Assembly: GCA_963620035.1 (NCBI GenBank)
Contig: CAVEXN010000004.1
Location: 13,979-77,978 of the forward strand
DNA: 64,000 nucleotides
From: Oscillospiraceae bacterium
GTDB lineage: Bacteria; Bacteroidota; Bacteroidia; Bacteroidales; WCHB1-69
Direction: 5' to 3'
Shown here one piece after another: positions 10,231-19,340 of the stretch (its first letter is position 1; each line of letters begins with the position of its first letter). A program made the position numbers and the translations under genes. A model generated the notes under the pieces. That model was given only the letters and a program-made list of their open reading frames with translations, was not told the DNA's origin and ran no database searches.

Positions 10231-11364
10231 ATGAAGTTTATAATTGAAAAGGCCGATGCGGGCAGCCACGCACGCGCAGGTGTCATCAACACGGACCATG
10301 GACAGATACGGACACCCATCTTTATGCCTGTCGGCACATTAGGGGCAGTCAAGGCTGTACATGTAAGGGACTTGAAAGAGCACATCAAGGCGCAGATCAT
10401 ATTGGGCAACACCTATCACCTTTATTTGCGTCCGGGCTGCGAGGTGCTGCGGAATGCCGGCGGGTTGCACAAGTTCAACGGCTGGGACAGACCGATCCTT
10501 ACCGACAGCGGCGGTTTCCAGGTGTTCTCGCTGAGCCACCGGCGCAAGATCAACCCCGAAGAGGGGGTGTGGTTCCAGTCGCACATTGACGGTTCCAGAC
10601 ACCTGTTCAGTCCTGAAAGCGTGATGGACACAGAACGTGCCATCGGCGCCGACATCATTATGGCTTTTGACGAGTGCATACCATATCCATGCGAATATGA
10701 ATATGCCCGGAAGTCAGTCGAAACCACCTACAAATGGCTGAAGCGCTGTGTGAAGCGGCTGGAGGAGACCGAGCCTCTGTACGGTTACAGCCAGACGCTG
10801 TTTCCCATAGTCCAGGGCGGCATATACCACGACTTGCGGGCACGTTCTGCCGAATATGCCGAATCCGTGAACCCCGAGGGCATAGCCATCGGCGGGGTGG
10901 CGGTAGGGGAGCCTACCGAGGAAATATACGAGATTGCCGACTACTGCTGCCAGCAATTGCCGAAAGACAAGCCGCGCTATCTGATGGGGGTGGGAACACC
11001 CACCAACATAATAGAAAACATTGCGTTGGGCATTGACATGTTCGACTGCGTGATGCCCACACGAAACGGAAGAAACGGCATGATCTTCACCTGGGAAGGC
11101 ATGCTCAACCTACGCAACGAGAAATGGAAGAACGACTTCACGCCGATTGCTGCCGAAAGCGACCTGTTTGCCGACCGCGAATACACCAGGGCTTATCTGC
11201 GGCATCTGTACGTGTCTGACGAGATGCTCGGCCCTATGATCGGCAGCATACACAACCTGCACTTTTACCTCGACCTTGTCACAGTTGCACGGCAGAAAAT
11301 CCTGGACGGCACGTTTACATCCTGGAAGAACGAGATTCTGCCGAAGATATCCAGGAGACTGTAG
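10231..11364 (+). CDS. tgt: tRNA-guanine(34) transglycosylase (queuine tRNA-ribosyltransferase)
   Basis: Begins 'MKFIIEKADAGSHARAG...TPIFMPVGT', followed by 'LTDSGGFQVFSL' and 'YLMGVGTP'. Start taken at the second Met (10231). Confidence 0.96.
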   Translation: MKFIIEKADAGSHARAGVINTDHGQIRTPIFMPVGTLGAVKAVHVRDLKEHIKAQIILGNTYHLYLRPGCEVLRNAGGLHKFNGWDRPILTDSGGFQVFSLSHRRKINPEEGVWFQSHIDGSRHLFSPESVMDTERAIGADIIMAFDECIPYPCEYEYARKSVETTYKWLKRCVKRLEETEPLYGYSQTLFPIVQGGIYHDLRARSAEYAESVNPEGIAIGGVAVGEPTEEIYEIADYCCQQLPKDKPRYLMGVGTPTNIIENIALGIDMFDCVMPTRNGRNGMIFTWEGMLNLRNEKWKNDFTPIAAESDLFADREYTRAYLRHLYVSDEMLGPMIGSIHNLHFYLDLVTVARQKILDGTFTSWKNEILPKISRRL

Positions 11365-11504
11365 GCAAGAAGACAACGGCTGAGGTGCGCAGGCTTGCGC
11401 TGTTGAGCCACTTCGGGTCATTTTTTCGCCCTTGTGTGTCCTATAATTTATATTATGTTAAATAGGGCTTGAGAGCCACGTGCGACTTCTATTAGAGCGG
11501 ATAG

Positions 11505-11780
11505 TTATTCAACTGTATTTTCTTCTTGCTTCTCTGAGTTGAACGAAGTTGCACCAAATGCAAGAAAGCTTAGTCCTGTTATCAATAGTACAGAGCTAAA
11601 ACCGAATTTCAAACATTCTTTCAGTTCTGCGACATTTTGTGAAGTACGTGCTGCAGCATTTTGTATGCCTGTATAAGCAGCGCCTCCATAAAATTTGGGG
11701 AATTCATAATCTGATGTCTCAATAGAATAACTCCCGAAGGACAAGCCAATCGTAATGACTCCAATATTACAGAGCAACAA
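11505..11780 (-). CDS. possible small two-TM membrane protein (TTG start, no internal Met)
   Basis: 91-codon ORF in a locally AT-rich islet with two hydrophobic segments. The only available start is TTG and no family is recognised, so coding status is uncertain. Confidence 0.3.
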   Translation of the reverse strand: MLLCNIGVITIGLSFGSYSIETSDYEFPKFYGGAAYTGIQNAAARTSQNVAELKECLKFGFSSVLLITGLSFLAFGATSFNSEKQEENTVE

Positions 11781-11842
11781 ACCTCTTATTTTTTTCTTAT
11801 TTGTGACATTTATAGGGGACTTCCATTTTCCGTTTGCCGTGT

Positions 11843-12580
11843 TCAGTTCGATACTCGTTTCCAGTCGCGGAACCAGCTGCGGACTCTGAGCCCGATGACA
11901 CCAAAGATGGCCTCTTTGAAGATGCCGGAGCTCATCTTTGACACGCCTGCGGTCCGGTCCTTGAAGATGATGGGCACTTCAACGATCTTGTAGCCGAGTT
12001 TGTACATGTTGAATTTCATCTCTATCTGGAAGCCGTAGCCGATATGCTTGATTTTGGAGAAGTCAACGGTTTTGAGCGCCGACACACGGTAGCATTTGAA
12101 GCCCGCGGTGGTGTCGTGGACGGGGATTCCCAGCATGATGCGCACGTACATGGAGCCGTAATAGGACATGAGCAGCCGTCCGATGGGCCAGTTCAACACG
12201 TTGACGCCGTTGCAGTATCGCGACCCGATGGCCAAGTCGGCGTTTTGCCCGACACAGGCATCATAAAGGCGCTGCAAGTCGTGCGGGTCGTGCGAGAAGT
12301 CGGCATCCATCTCGAACACAAAGTCATAGTTGCGTTCGATGGCCCACTTGAAGCCGTGTATGTAGGCGGTGCCCAGCCCCAGTTTGCCGCTCCGTTCTTC
12401 GATGAACAGCCGTCCCTCAAATTCTGGAATCAGCCCCTTCACGATGTCTGCGGTGCCGTCGGGCGAGTTGTCGTCAATGATGAGGATATGCACGTCGATG
12501 AGCCCGAAGATGGTCCTGATGATGTTTTCGACGTTCTCTTTTTCTTTGTAAGTCGGGATTATGACAAGTCTTTTGTCCAT
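11843..12580 (-). CDS. polyprenol/dolichyl-phosphate mannosyltransferase-like GT2
   Basis: 245 aa. 'VIIPTYKEKENV', 'IIDDNSPDGT', 'FEMDADFSHDP' - a Dpm1/PpmS-like soluble GT2. Confidence 0.87.
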   Translation of the reverse strand: MDKRLVIIPTYKEKENVENIIRTIFGLIDVHILIIDDNSPDGTADIVKGLIPEFEGRLFIEERSGKLGLGTAYIHGFKWAIERNYDFVFEMDADFSHDPHDLQRLYDACVGQNADLAIGSRYCNGVNVLNWPIGRLLMSYYGSMYVRIMLGIPVHDTTAGFKCYRVSALKTVDFSKIKHIGYGFQIEMKFNMYKLGYKIVEVPIIFKDRTAGVSKMSSGIFKEAIFGVIGLRVRSWFRDWKRVSN

Positions 12581-12592
12581 GTTGATGTTTGG

Positions 12593-13618
12593 TTATTTTG
12601 ACAATATGATATATACGGGCAGGTGGTCGCTGAAGCCACCTTGATAGATGCCGCCGGCGTAGGTGCGGAACGGGTAGTTGGTGTAGGAGCCGGACATAGT
12701 GAACATGAAGTTGCGCTGGAAAACGTTGGCCTCTGTGAAACGGTACGTGTCGGGGGCGGCTTTCACCAGCGAGCCGGAAACGATGATGTTGTCGAGCATG
12801 TCCCATGAGTCGCGGTAGGCATAAGATCCGATGCCTTTGCGGTACATTTTCCACATCGGGTTGTAAAGGTCGTTTGGCGACAACGCTTTTGCGGAGGTTT
12901 TCGTCTTGAGCCCGTTCATCAGGCTTTTCGAGTCGGGGTTGTCGTTAAGGTCGCCCATGATGATGATTTTGGGGTTTACGTAGCATTGCTGCAAGGAGTC
13001 GGCGATGTGCCGTGAAAGCTGAGCGGCGGCCATGCGCAAGGGCATGCTTTTCTTTTCGCCGCCGAGTTTTGAGGGCCAATGGTTCACCAGGATGAACAGC
13101 GTGTCGGTCCGGTCGAGCACGCCGGCCATCAGCCATTGGTCGCGGGTGATGAAGTCGGGATTGCCGGCCACTTTGAGCGAAGTGGCCTTTGTGGAAATCA
13201 CGGTGAAGCGTGCCGGGTTGTAGAAAAAGGCCACATCGACGCCGCGTCTGTCGGGCGAGTCGTGGTGACAGACCTTGAGTCCGTAAGGTTTCAGCCGTTC
13301 GGTGGCGGCGAGGTCCAGCATCACCTGTTCGTTTTCCACCTCAGAGACGCCCAACACGGCAAGTCCGCCGTCCATGGCAGCAATCTCTGCAATCACGCGC
13401 GAAAGGTTTTCCAGTTTGGCGCGGTACCTTTCTGCTGTCCACATATAGTCGCCGTCGGGCAGAAACTGTTCGTCGTTCTTCAGCGGGTCGTTGACCGTGT
13501 CGAACAGGTTTTCCATGTTATAGAACCCGACAATGGCTTTTCGGTGCGGGTTCTGGGCGGAAAGCGTGGCGCCGAGGTACAGCGGCAGCAAGGCGGCGAG
13601 CAGGATCAGTCTCTTCAT
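12593..13618 (-). CDS. secreted endonuclease/exonuclease/phosphatase family protein
   Basis: Signal peptide MKRLILLAALLPLYLGATLSAQ. EEP motifs 'VGFYNMENLFD', 'IIMGDLND', 'FSDHLPVY'. Start moved to 13618 to avoid overlapping asd. Confidence 0.8.
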   Translation of the reverse strand: MKRLILLAALLPLYLGATLSAQNPHRKAIVGFYNMENLFDTVNDPLKNDEQFLPDGDYMWTAERYRAKLENLSRVIAEIAAMDGGLAVLGVSEVENEQVMLDLAATERLKPYGLKVCHHDSPDRRGVDVAFFYNPARFTVISTKATSLKVAGNPDFITRDQWLMAGVLDRTDTLFILVNHWPSKLGGEKKSMPLRMAAAQLSRHIADSLQQCYVNPKIIIMGDLNDNPDSKSLMNGLKTKTSAKALSPNDLYNPMWKMYRKGIGSYAYRDSWDMLDNIIVSGSLVKAAPDTYRFTEANVFQRNFMFTMSGSYTNYPFRTYAGGIYQGGFSDHLPVYIILSK

Positions 13619-13628
13619 CAGCAGGATT

Positions 13629-14636
13629 TTAACGGTTAAAGGGAACATTTTTCAGGAACTTGTCCCTGACCAGTTCGGCGATCTGTACAGCGTTGGTGGC
13701 GGCGCCTTTGCGCAGGTTGTCCCCTACCACCCACAAGTTTAGGGTGTTGGGTTGTGAGAAGTCGCGGCGTATGCGGCCCACGAAGACAGCGTCGTGTCCT
13801 TGTGCGGTGAGCGGCATCGGATAGAGGTCGCGGGTGGGGTCGTCCTGGACTTCTACGCCGGGCATGTTTCCAAGCATTTCAACGACATCCCCGAGGCGGT
13901 AGTCGCGGAGCAGTTCCACGTTGACGGCTTCGGAATGGCCGCCCGTGACGGGCACGCGCACAACGGTTGCAGTGACCTGAATGTTATTGTCGCCGAGAAT
14001 CTTACGCGTTTCGTTCACCAGTTTCATCTCTTCGGTGGTGTAGCCGTTGTCCTCGAACGTGCCGCCGTGAGGGAAGAGGTTCAGGTCGATCTGATGCGGG
14101 TAGGCCTTCTCGCAGGTTTCGCCGCTCCGCTCTTTCATGAGTTGGTTCACGGCTTTCATGCCCGAGCCGGTCACCGACTGGTATGTAGAGACTACGATGC
14201 GTTTGATGCCGTAATTCCTGTGAAGCGGGCACAGTGCCATCACCATCTGTATGGTGGAGCAGTTCGGGTTGGCGATGATGTTGTCGTTGCTGCCGATCAC
14301 GTCGCCGTTCACTTCCGGCACCACTAAAGGAATGTCCGGATTGCTGCGCCATGCGGAAGAGTTGTCTATCACTTTCGTCCCCTTTGCGGCGAAAAGAGGC
14401 GCATATTTGAGCGAAGGACCGCTGCCTGCCGAGAATATCGCAATGTCAGGAGCCTTTTCGATGGCTTCCTCTGCGCTGATTACCTGATATGATTTTCCGC
14501 CGAATGGGATGGTTTTGCCGTACGACTTCGGGGAGGCAACGGGTATCAACGTTTCTCCGCCGAACCCTCTTTCTTCAAGTACTTTACGCATCACTCCACC
14601 CACAAGGCCTGTGGCCCCGACCAAAGCAATTTTCAT
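13629..14636 (-). CDS. asd: aspartate-semialdehyde dehydrogenase
   Basis: 335 aa. 'MKIALVGATGLVGG' Rossmann N-terminus, active-site 'NPNCSTI', and 'HSEAVNVE'. Confidence 0.94.
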   Translation of the reverse strand: MKIALVGATGLVGGVMRKVLEERGFGGETLIPVASPKSYGKTIPFGGKSYQVISAEEAIEKAPDIAIFSAGSGPSLKYAPLFAAKGTKVIDNSSAWRSNPDIPLVVPEVNGDVIGSNDNIIANPNCSTIQMVMALCPLHRNYGIKRIVVSTYQSVTGSGMKAVNQLMKERSGETCEKAYPHQIDLNLFPHGGTFEDNGYTTEEMKLVNETRKILGDNNIQVTATVVRVPVTGGHSEAVNVELLRDYRLGDVVEMLGNMPGVEVQDDPTRDLYPMPLTAQGHDAVFVGRIRRDFSQPNTLNLWVVGDNLRKGAATNAVQIAELVRDKFLKNVPFNR

Positions 14637-14677
14637 TTTCCGTTTACAATTTATACAATATTTTTAACAATGTAACG

Positions 14678-14719
14678 TTTTCAATGTTGCAAAAGTACTA
14701 TTTTTTGCAACATTGAAAA
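14678..14719. promoter_or_regulatory. perfect 17-bp inverted repeat (8-nt spacer) in the asd / 14738 divergent control region
   Basis: ttttcaatgttgcaaaa (14678-14694) and ttttgcaacattgaaaa (14703-14719) are exact reverse complements. The left arm and loop contain a minus-strand TAnnTTTG box (caaaagta, 14690-14697). Confidence 0.6.
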
Positions 14720-14737
14720 TGAAAACGAATTATTTTT

Positions 14738-16459
14738 ATGAGAGTCCCTGCCCTACCGTTCACATTGCTGCTGTTGTTTGTTCTTACGGACTTGAGTACC
14801 GTTGTAAGTCAGACAGAAACGTTGCAGCGTTATGACATCGTCATCAGCGAGATCATGGCCACGCCCTCGCCCGCGATAGGCTTGCCCGTTGCCGAGTATA
14901 TCGAACTGCACAACCGCCGGCCGCTGCCGTGTGTGCTGTCCGGATGGAAACTGCAAGTCGGAAGTTCCCGGAAGACCCTGCCGGAGATGACTCTCGACAG
15001 TTGCGGTTATGCTATTGTGGTCGCCGAGAAGAACAAAGGTTTATTTGGGAATATCCCTATCCAGGTCTGTGCGGTGTCGTCGTTGAGCATCAATGACGAG
15101 GGCCAAACCGTCGTGCTTTATGACGACAATGACGAAGCCGTCCATGCGGTAGCGTTCAAGCGGAAATGGCATACGGAGTCCATCAAGCAGTCGGGCGGCT
15201 GGTCTCTGGAGATGAGGGACGAGAACCTGCCATGCCTGAGTTCTGTCAATTGGGACTCCTCCGTGTCACCGGAGGGCGGGACCCCAGGTTCGCCGAACTC
15301 GATACGTTGTGCTACAGGAGACGACACCCCACCTTTCATTGAACGCGTCACCTTGCTCGACAATAAGACTTTGCGTGTGTTCCTGTCAGAGTCCGTATAC
15401 CCTACACTCCCCCTATCGCCCGGCGACTTCAGCATTGAGCCGGATGCAAACATCGTGCAGGCGTCTGAAGTGCCGCCGTTCTATACGGCGCTTGACCTTA
15501 CCTGCTCTATGCCGCTGCAGTCCGGCACGTTGTACCGCGTCTGCCTGCCCGCTGCCGTTTGCGACTGTGCCGGTAATGCTGTCGCCTATCCGGACTGCGT
15601 TTCTTGTGGCGTTGCTGAGAAACCGCAGCCGTTTGACCTTGTCATCAATGAGGTATTGAGTCATGCGAAAGATGGAACAGATGCCGATTTCATCGAAGTA
15701 TATAACCATTCTTCCCACATTATCGACCTGAAAGATGTGAAAATAGGTTCCGGCGGCGATACGATCCCCAAGAAAGCAGTCATAGCGGCTCCTCAAGGTA
15801 TTCAGCTGATGCCGCAAGCTTACTGTGCCTTGTGCAAGAACAAAACGCTCACCTTGTCGCAATATGACTGCCCTGACCCCAATGCCTTGTACGAGTGTGA
15901 TTCTCTGCCTTCGTTTGCGGCAGAGTCCGGGGTTGTGTTCCTGACAGACCGGAGCCTTCGCACCATCGACCGTTTCTCCTATTCCATCGATATGCATTAT
16001 CCGAAACTGCTTACTACTGCCGGCGTAAGTTTAGAGCGCATGTCTTCGAGTCAGGCTACACAACGGAGCGACAATTGGCATTCTGCCTCTTCAACTGTGG
16101 GGTTTGCTACGCCAGGTTTTCGTAACTCTCAAGCCTCGGACGGAACCGCCTCCACATGGCTTGCAATCACCCCCGCCGTGATCTCACCCGACAACGACGG
16201 TTTCGAAGATTACGCCGAAATATCAGTTTCTATGTCCAATGGTGAAAACAGATTGAGTGTCAGGATTTTCAATCAACAAGGCTTTCCGGTCAGGCATTTG
16301 GTCAACAATGAACTGTGCAGCCATGAGGCGCTGTTCCGTTGGGACGGTACGGACGACAATAAACAGACTGTACCGTCAGGAATGTATGTCGTGACGGTAC
16401 AGTATTGGAACCTTGACGGCAAAAGCCGACGTTTCAAGAAAGTGGTTTCCGTGCGGTAA
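14738..16459 (+). CDS. secreted protein with two lamin-tail-domain (LTD)-like repeats and Ig-like C-terminal domain
   Basis: Signal peptide. Two LTD-like segments ('VISEIMATPSP...EYIELHN', 'VINEVLSHA...DFIEVYNHS'). The C-terminus 'ISPDNDGFEDY...WDGTDDNKQTVPSGMYVV' resembles FlgD-Ig / T9SS type-B-like sorting domains. Confidence 0.7.
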   Translation: MRVPALPFTLLLLFVLTDLSTVVSQTETLQRYDIVISEIMATPSPAIGLPVAEYIELHNRRPLPCVLSGWKLQVGSSRKTLPEMTLDSCGYAIVVAEKNKGLFGNIPIQVCAVSSLSINDEGQTVVLYDDNDEAVHAVAFKRKWHTESIKQSGGWSLEMRDENLPCLSSVNWDSSVSPEGGTPGSPNSIRCATGDDTPPFIERVTLLDNKTLRVFLSESVYPTLPLSPGDFSIEPDANIVQASEVPPFYTALDLTCSMPLQSGTLYRVCLPAAVCDCAGNAVAYPDCVSCGVAEKPQPFDLVINEVLSHAKDGTDADFIEVYNHSSHIIDLKDVKIGSGGDTIPKKAVIAAPQGIQLMPQAYCALCKNKTLTLSQYDCPDPNALYECDSLPSFAAESGVVFLTDRSLRTIDRFSYSIDMHYPKLLTTAGVSLERMSSSQATQRSDNWHSASSTVGFATPGFRNSQASDGTASTWLAITPAVISPDNDGFEDYAEISVSMSNGENRLSVRIFNQQGFPVRHLVNNELCSHEALFRWDGTDDNKQTVPSGMYVVTVQYWNLDGKSRRFKKVVSVR

Positions 16460-16461
16460 AC

Positions 16462-16950
16462 TTATCGCAGGCGGTCGGCGGCACGCACCAGTTTCTCGTC
16501 TTTCTTGATGAACTTGTTGGCCATGAAAAGAGATATCGCTTCAACAAAGACCAAAATCAGCATCAGGGTCTTGTTTGCGAAAGTGAAAGTGAATGCCACG
16601 CTTTTTGCGGAAAAGTATTTGGTGAAAATAATATCCGGGCAGACCCATAGCATCAACATCAGGGTGACGAGATACACAATCATCGTGATAGAGACAATCT
16701 GCACCTGACGGATGCGCTTCTTGTAACTGAACAAGGCGGCCAGTGAGAGGGCGGCTGTGAGAACGAGACAGAAAGCGACGTAATAGAGGCGTATGGCGGC
16801 CGTGCCGTCGGGGATGTTGAGTTTCAGGACGAGAGAATTGTAAACATATTGCGCATCAGCCGTGTCAACGTAGCCCATCGGGATGAAGAGCAATACAATG
16901 GGGATGACGGCTGCGACGAGCAGGAATAGAGATTGGATTCGCTGGATCAT
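16462..16950 (-). CDS. DUF4293-like integral membrane protein
   Basis: 162 aa, 4-5 TM, with the N-terminus 'MIQRIQSLFLL' that I associate with the DUF4293 family. Confidence 0.65.
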   Translation of the reverse strand: MIQRIQSLFLLVAAVIPIVLLFIPMGYVDTADAQYVYNSLVLKLNIPDGTAAIRLYYVAFCLVLTAALSLAALFSYKKRIRQVQIVSITMIVYLVTLMLMLWVCPDIIFTKYFSAKSVAFTFTFANKTLMLILVFVEAISLFMANKFIKKDEKLVRAADRLR

Positions 16951-17041
16951 AGTTTTGCTTTTTTCTGTTTCTGATAATGTTAAAAGATGAAAAGAAATAT
17001 GTTGTTTTTATTTGTTTCAGTACAGGGCAATTCCGGAAAAG

Positions 17042-17644
17042 TCAGTTGTTTTTTTCGGAACTGATGGTTTGGTGCAAGGTCACGGCAGGCAGTTTCATTT
17101 GTTTCTTGCCAACATAAAGGTATGGGGTGAACTTGACGGCAACATTCGATTCCTTGTTGCTGCCGGAGCCGTCAAGGTTCCTGACGCAGCGTATGATGTC
17201 GCCGACCTCCTTTTTCTTCAACACATCGGCCAGATTGACCTGGACGGGGAAGGGGATTATGGTAGTATTGGAGGGATTGACGTAATATTCAACGTTGTGG
17301 CTGCTGCCTTTGGCCAAGAACTTGTCCTCAAGGTAGAGTTCATAGTCGTATCCGATGAGCCTGGCCATATTCCTGGTGTTGTTCTTAACCTTGACCATCA
17401 CTTTACAGGACACATTGAAATCCTTGTCTTTGATGGCTTTGGCTGCCTTCGTCATATTGGTGACGGATAGGTCTGACAGTCCGTTGACGTTGCTCATGTT
17501 GATGTCGGCCCAGATGACATCTGCCACGTGGTCCATCTCGAACTCGCAATTTGAAAGACGTGCAAACTGTATGACGCTGCATCCGTCTGTGACAAGGCAG
17601 AGTACGAGGATAAAGAGAGGCAGTGTTTTATTGTTATTGGGCAT
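17042..17644 (-). CDS. putative lipoprotein (LEA-2/WHy-like beta-sandwich suspected)
   Basis: 200 aa. Lipobox-like 'LVTDGC'. The alternating beta pattern 'VKVKNNT...LIGYDYELYLEDKFLAKGS' is reminiscent of LEA type 2. Confidence 0.55.
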   Translation of the reverse strand: MPNNNKTLPLFILVLCLVTDGCSVIQFARLSNCEFEMDHVADVIWADINMSNVNGLSDLSVTNMTKAAKAIKDKDFNVSCKVMVKVKNNTRNMARLIGYDYELYLEDKFLAKGSSHNVEYYVNPSNTTIIPFPVQVNLADVLKKKEVGDIIRCVRNLDGSGSNKESNVAVKFTPYLYVGKKQMKLPAVTLHQTISSEKNN

Positions 17645-17656
17645 CGTGGAGATTGG

Positions 17657-18313
17657 CTAATGCGAGATGACTTTGCCGTCTTGAAGCATTATTTTGCAGT
17701 CAGACAGGGAAGCAAGTTCCTCGTTATGCGTAACGATGATGAAAGTTTGATGAAATCGGTCGCGAAGTTCAAAGAACAGCCGGTGAAGGTTCCGGGCGTT
17801 CTCCGTGTCGAGGTTTCCGGAGGGCTCGTCGGCAAGGATCAGTTCCGGGTTGTTCATCAGAGCCCTTGCCACGGCAACGCGTTGCTGTTCGCCGCCGGAC
17901 AGTTCGGAGGGTTTGTGGTCTTTGCGATCCGTCAGTTTCAGAAAGTCGAGCAGTTCTGCAGCATGGAGAATAGCCTCTTTTTTCTTGAGTCCGGCTATCA
18001 GTCCGGGCATTGCGACATTCTCGACGGCGGTAAATTCGGGCAGCAGGTGATGAAACTGGTAAACGAACCCGATATGGCGGTTGCGGTATTCCGAAAGGTT
18101 GTCGTCGTTCAGCTTGGAGATGTCGGTGCCGTTCAGGATTATCTTACCCGAATCGGGGCGGTCGAGTGTGCCCATAAGATGAAGCAAAGTGGACTTGCCG
18201 GCCCCCGAGGGACCGACAATCGTTGCCACTTTGGAACTGTCTATCGTGAGATCTACGGATTTCAGCACATGCAGGGCACCATAGCTTTTCTCAACGCGAC
18301 GTATTTCGATCAT
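17657..18313 (-). CDS. ABC transporter ATP-binding protein (LolD/MacB-type)
   Basis: Walker A 'GPSGAGKST', signature '[15 protein letters not shown]', Walker B '[12 protein letters not shown]'. Start set at [11 protein letters not shown] (18313), 2 nt after the etfA stop. Confidence 0.9.
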   Translation of the reverse strand: MIEIRRVEKSYGALHVLKSVDLTIDSSKVATIVGPSGAGKSTLLHLMGTLDRPDSGKIILNGTDISKLNDDNLSEYRNRHIGFVYQFHHLLPEFTAVENVAMPGLIAGLKKKEAILHAAELLDFLKLTDRKDHKPSELSGGEQQRVAVARALMNNPELILADEPSGNLDTENARNLHRLFFELRDRFHQTFIIVTHNEELASLSDCKIMLQDGKVISH

Positions 18314-18315
18314 TG

Positions 18316-19323
18316 CTATTTCCTGATTTCTTTGGCCAATCTGGCGGTAAGCATCGGGATTATTTTGTGGACGTCGCCTACGATGCTCACGTCGGAGACG
18401 CCGAAAATCGGGGCGAACTTGTCTTTGTTGATGGCAATGATGAAGTCGGACTCTTCCATGCCGGCGAGGTGCTGGATGGCTCCGCTGATGCCGCATGCCA
18501 TATAGAGTGCCGGGCGGACGGTCTTGCCGGTCTGGCCGACCTGACGGCTGTGGTCGATGATACCGGCATCCACCATTGCGCGGGAAGAGGACACCTCTGC
18601 GCCGGGCAGCACGTCTGCCAATGCCTGAAGTTCATCAAAACCGGCCTTGTTTCCGACGCCGCGGCCGCCGGAAACGAGAATCTTGGCCTCCGTGATGTCA
18701 ACGGCGCCTTTGTCTTTCTTGACATCCTTCACCAGACGGACTTTGAACTTGCTGCTGTCGAATTGGGGCTTGAAGTCCACGATTTCGCCTTTGCGGGAGG
18801 CATCTCGTTCCATTTTCTGCATCACACCCGGACGGACGGTTGACATCTGCGGTCTGTGTTCCGTATTCAGGATGGTGGCCATCAGGTTGCCGCCGAAAGC
18901 AGGACGTGTAGATGCAAGCTGCATGTCTTCCGTGATTTCCAGTTTGGTACAGTCGGCAGTCAGCCCGGTGTTCAGACGGCAGGCAAGCCTCGGGGCCAGG
19001 TCACGACCTATCGTAGAGGCTCCGATCAGTATGATGCTGGGGTTGTAAGCCTGCACCATTTGGCAGATGGCCTGCGTATATTGTTCAGTCAGGTAGTGTT
19101 CAAGTTCGGGGGCATCCATGCAGATGACCTCGTCTGCACCATACTCGACAAGCATCTGTGCCTGGTCCTTGATGTTGTGTCCGGCAAGCACGGCGACGAC
19201 TTTTTCCTTAAGGTCTGCCGAAAGTTCATGTGCCTTACCGAGCAGCTCCAGTGCTACGGGTTGGATGATGCCGTCGCGCTGTTCAACGAATACATAAATG
19301 TTCTTATAATCGGATTTTTCCAT
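18316..19323 (-). CDS. etfA: electron transfer flavoprotein subunit alpha
   Basis: 335 aa with an FAD-binding C-terminal half ('VGQTGKTVRPALYMACGISGAIQHLAGM'). Confidence 0.92.
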   Translation of the reverse strand: MEKSDYKNIYVFVEQRDGIIQPVALELLGKAHELSADLKEKVVAVLAGHNIKDQAQMLVEYGADEVICMDAPELEHYLTEQYTQAICQMVQAYNPSIILIGASTIGRDLAPRLACRLNTGLTADCTKLEITEDMQLASTRPAFGGNLMATILNTEHRPQMSTVRPGVMQKMERDASRKGEIVDFKPQFDSSKFKVRLVKDVKKDKGAVDITEAKILVSGGRGVGNKAGFDELQALADVLPGAEVSSSRAMVDAGIIDHSRQVGQTGKTVRPALYMACGISGAIQHLAGMEESDFIIAINKDKFAPIFGVSDVSIVGDVHKIIPMLTARLAKEIRK

Positions 19324-19340
19324 TTTTGTTCGGTTCTCGG

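Noticed and set aside
9015-10412. N-terminal extensions in the ORF track: GT2 to 10412, LolD-like to 18496, etfB to 20222, AOS from 26460, pepD from 29988, crt from 43802, rbfA from 54511, recO from 58428, FKBP to 3810, EEP to 13648.
   Set aside because: The extensions overlap the preceding gene or a promoter region and have Arg/Ser/Pro-rich nonsense-like composition. In every case an internal Met immediately precedes the conserved N-terminus or signal peptide of the family.
11438-11820. Inverted repeats flanking the AT-rich islet as evidence of a MITE-like element.
   Set aside because: The match is only about 9 bp and needs a 2-nt indel. No target-site duplication is visible. Such a match is plausible by chance in AT-rich sequence.
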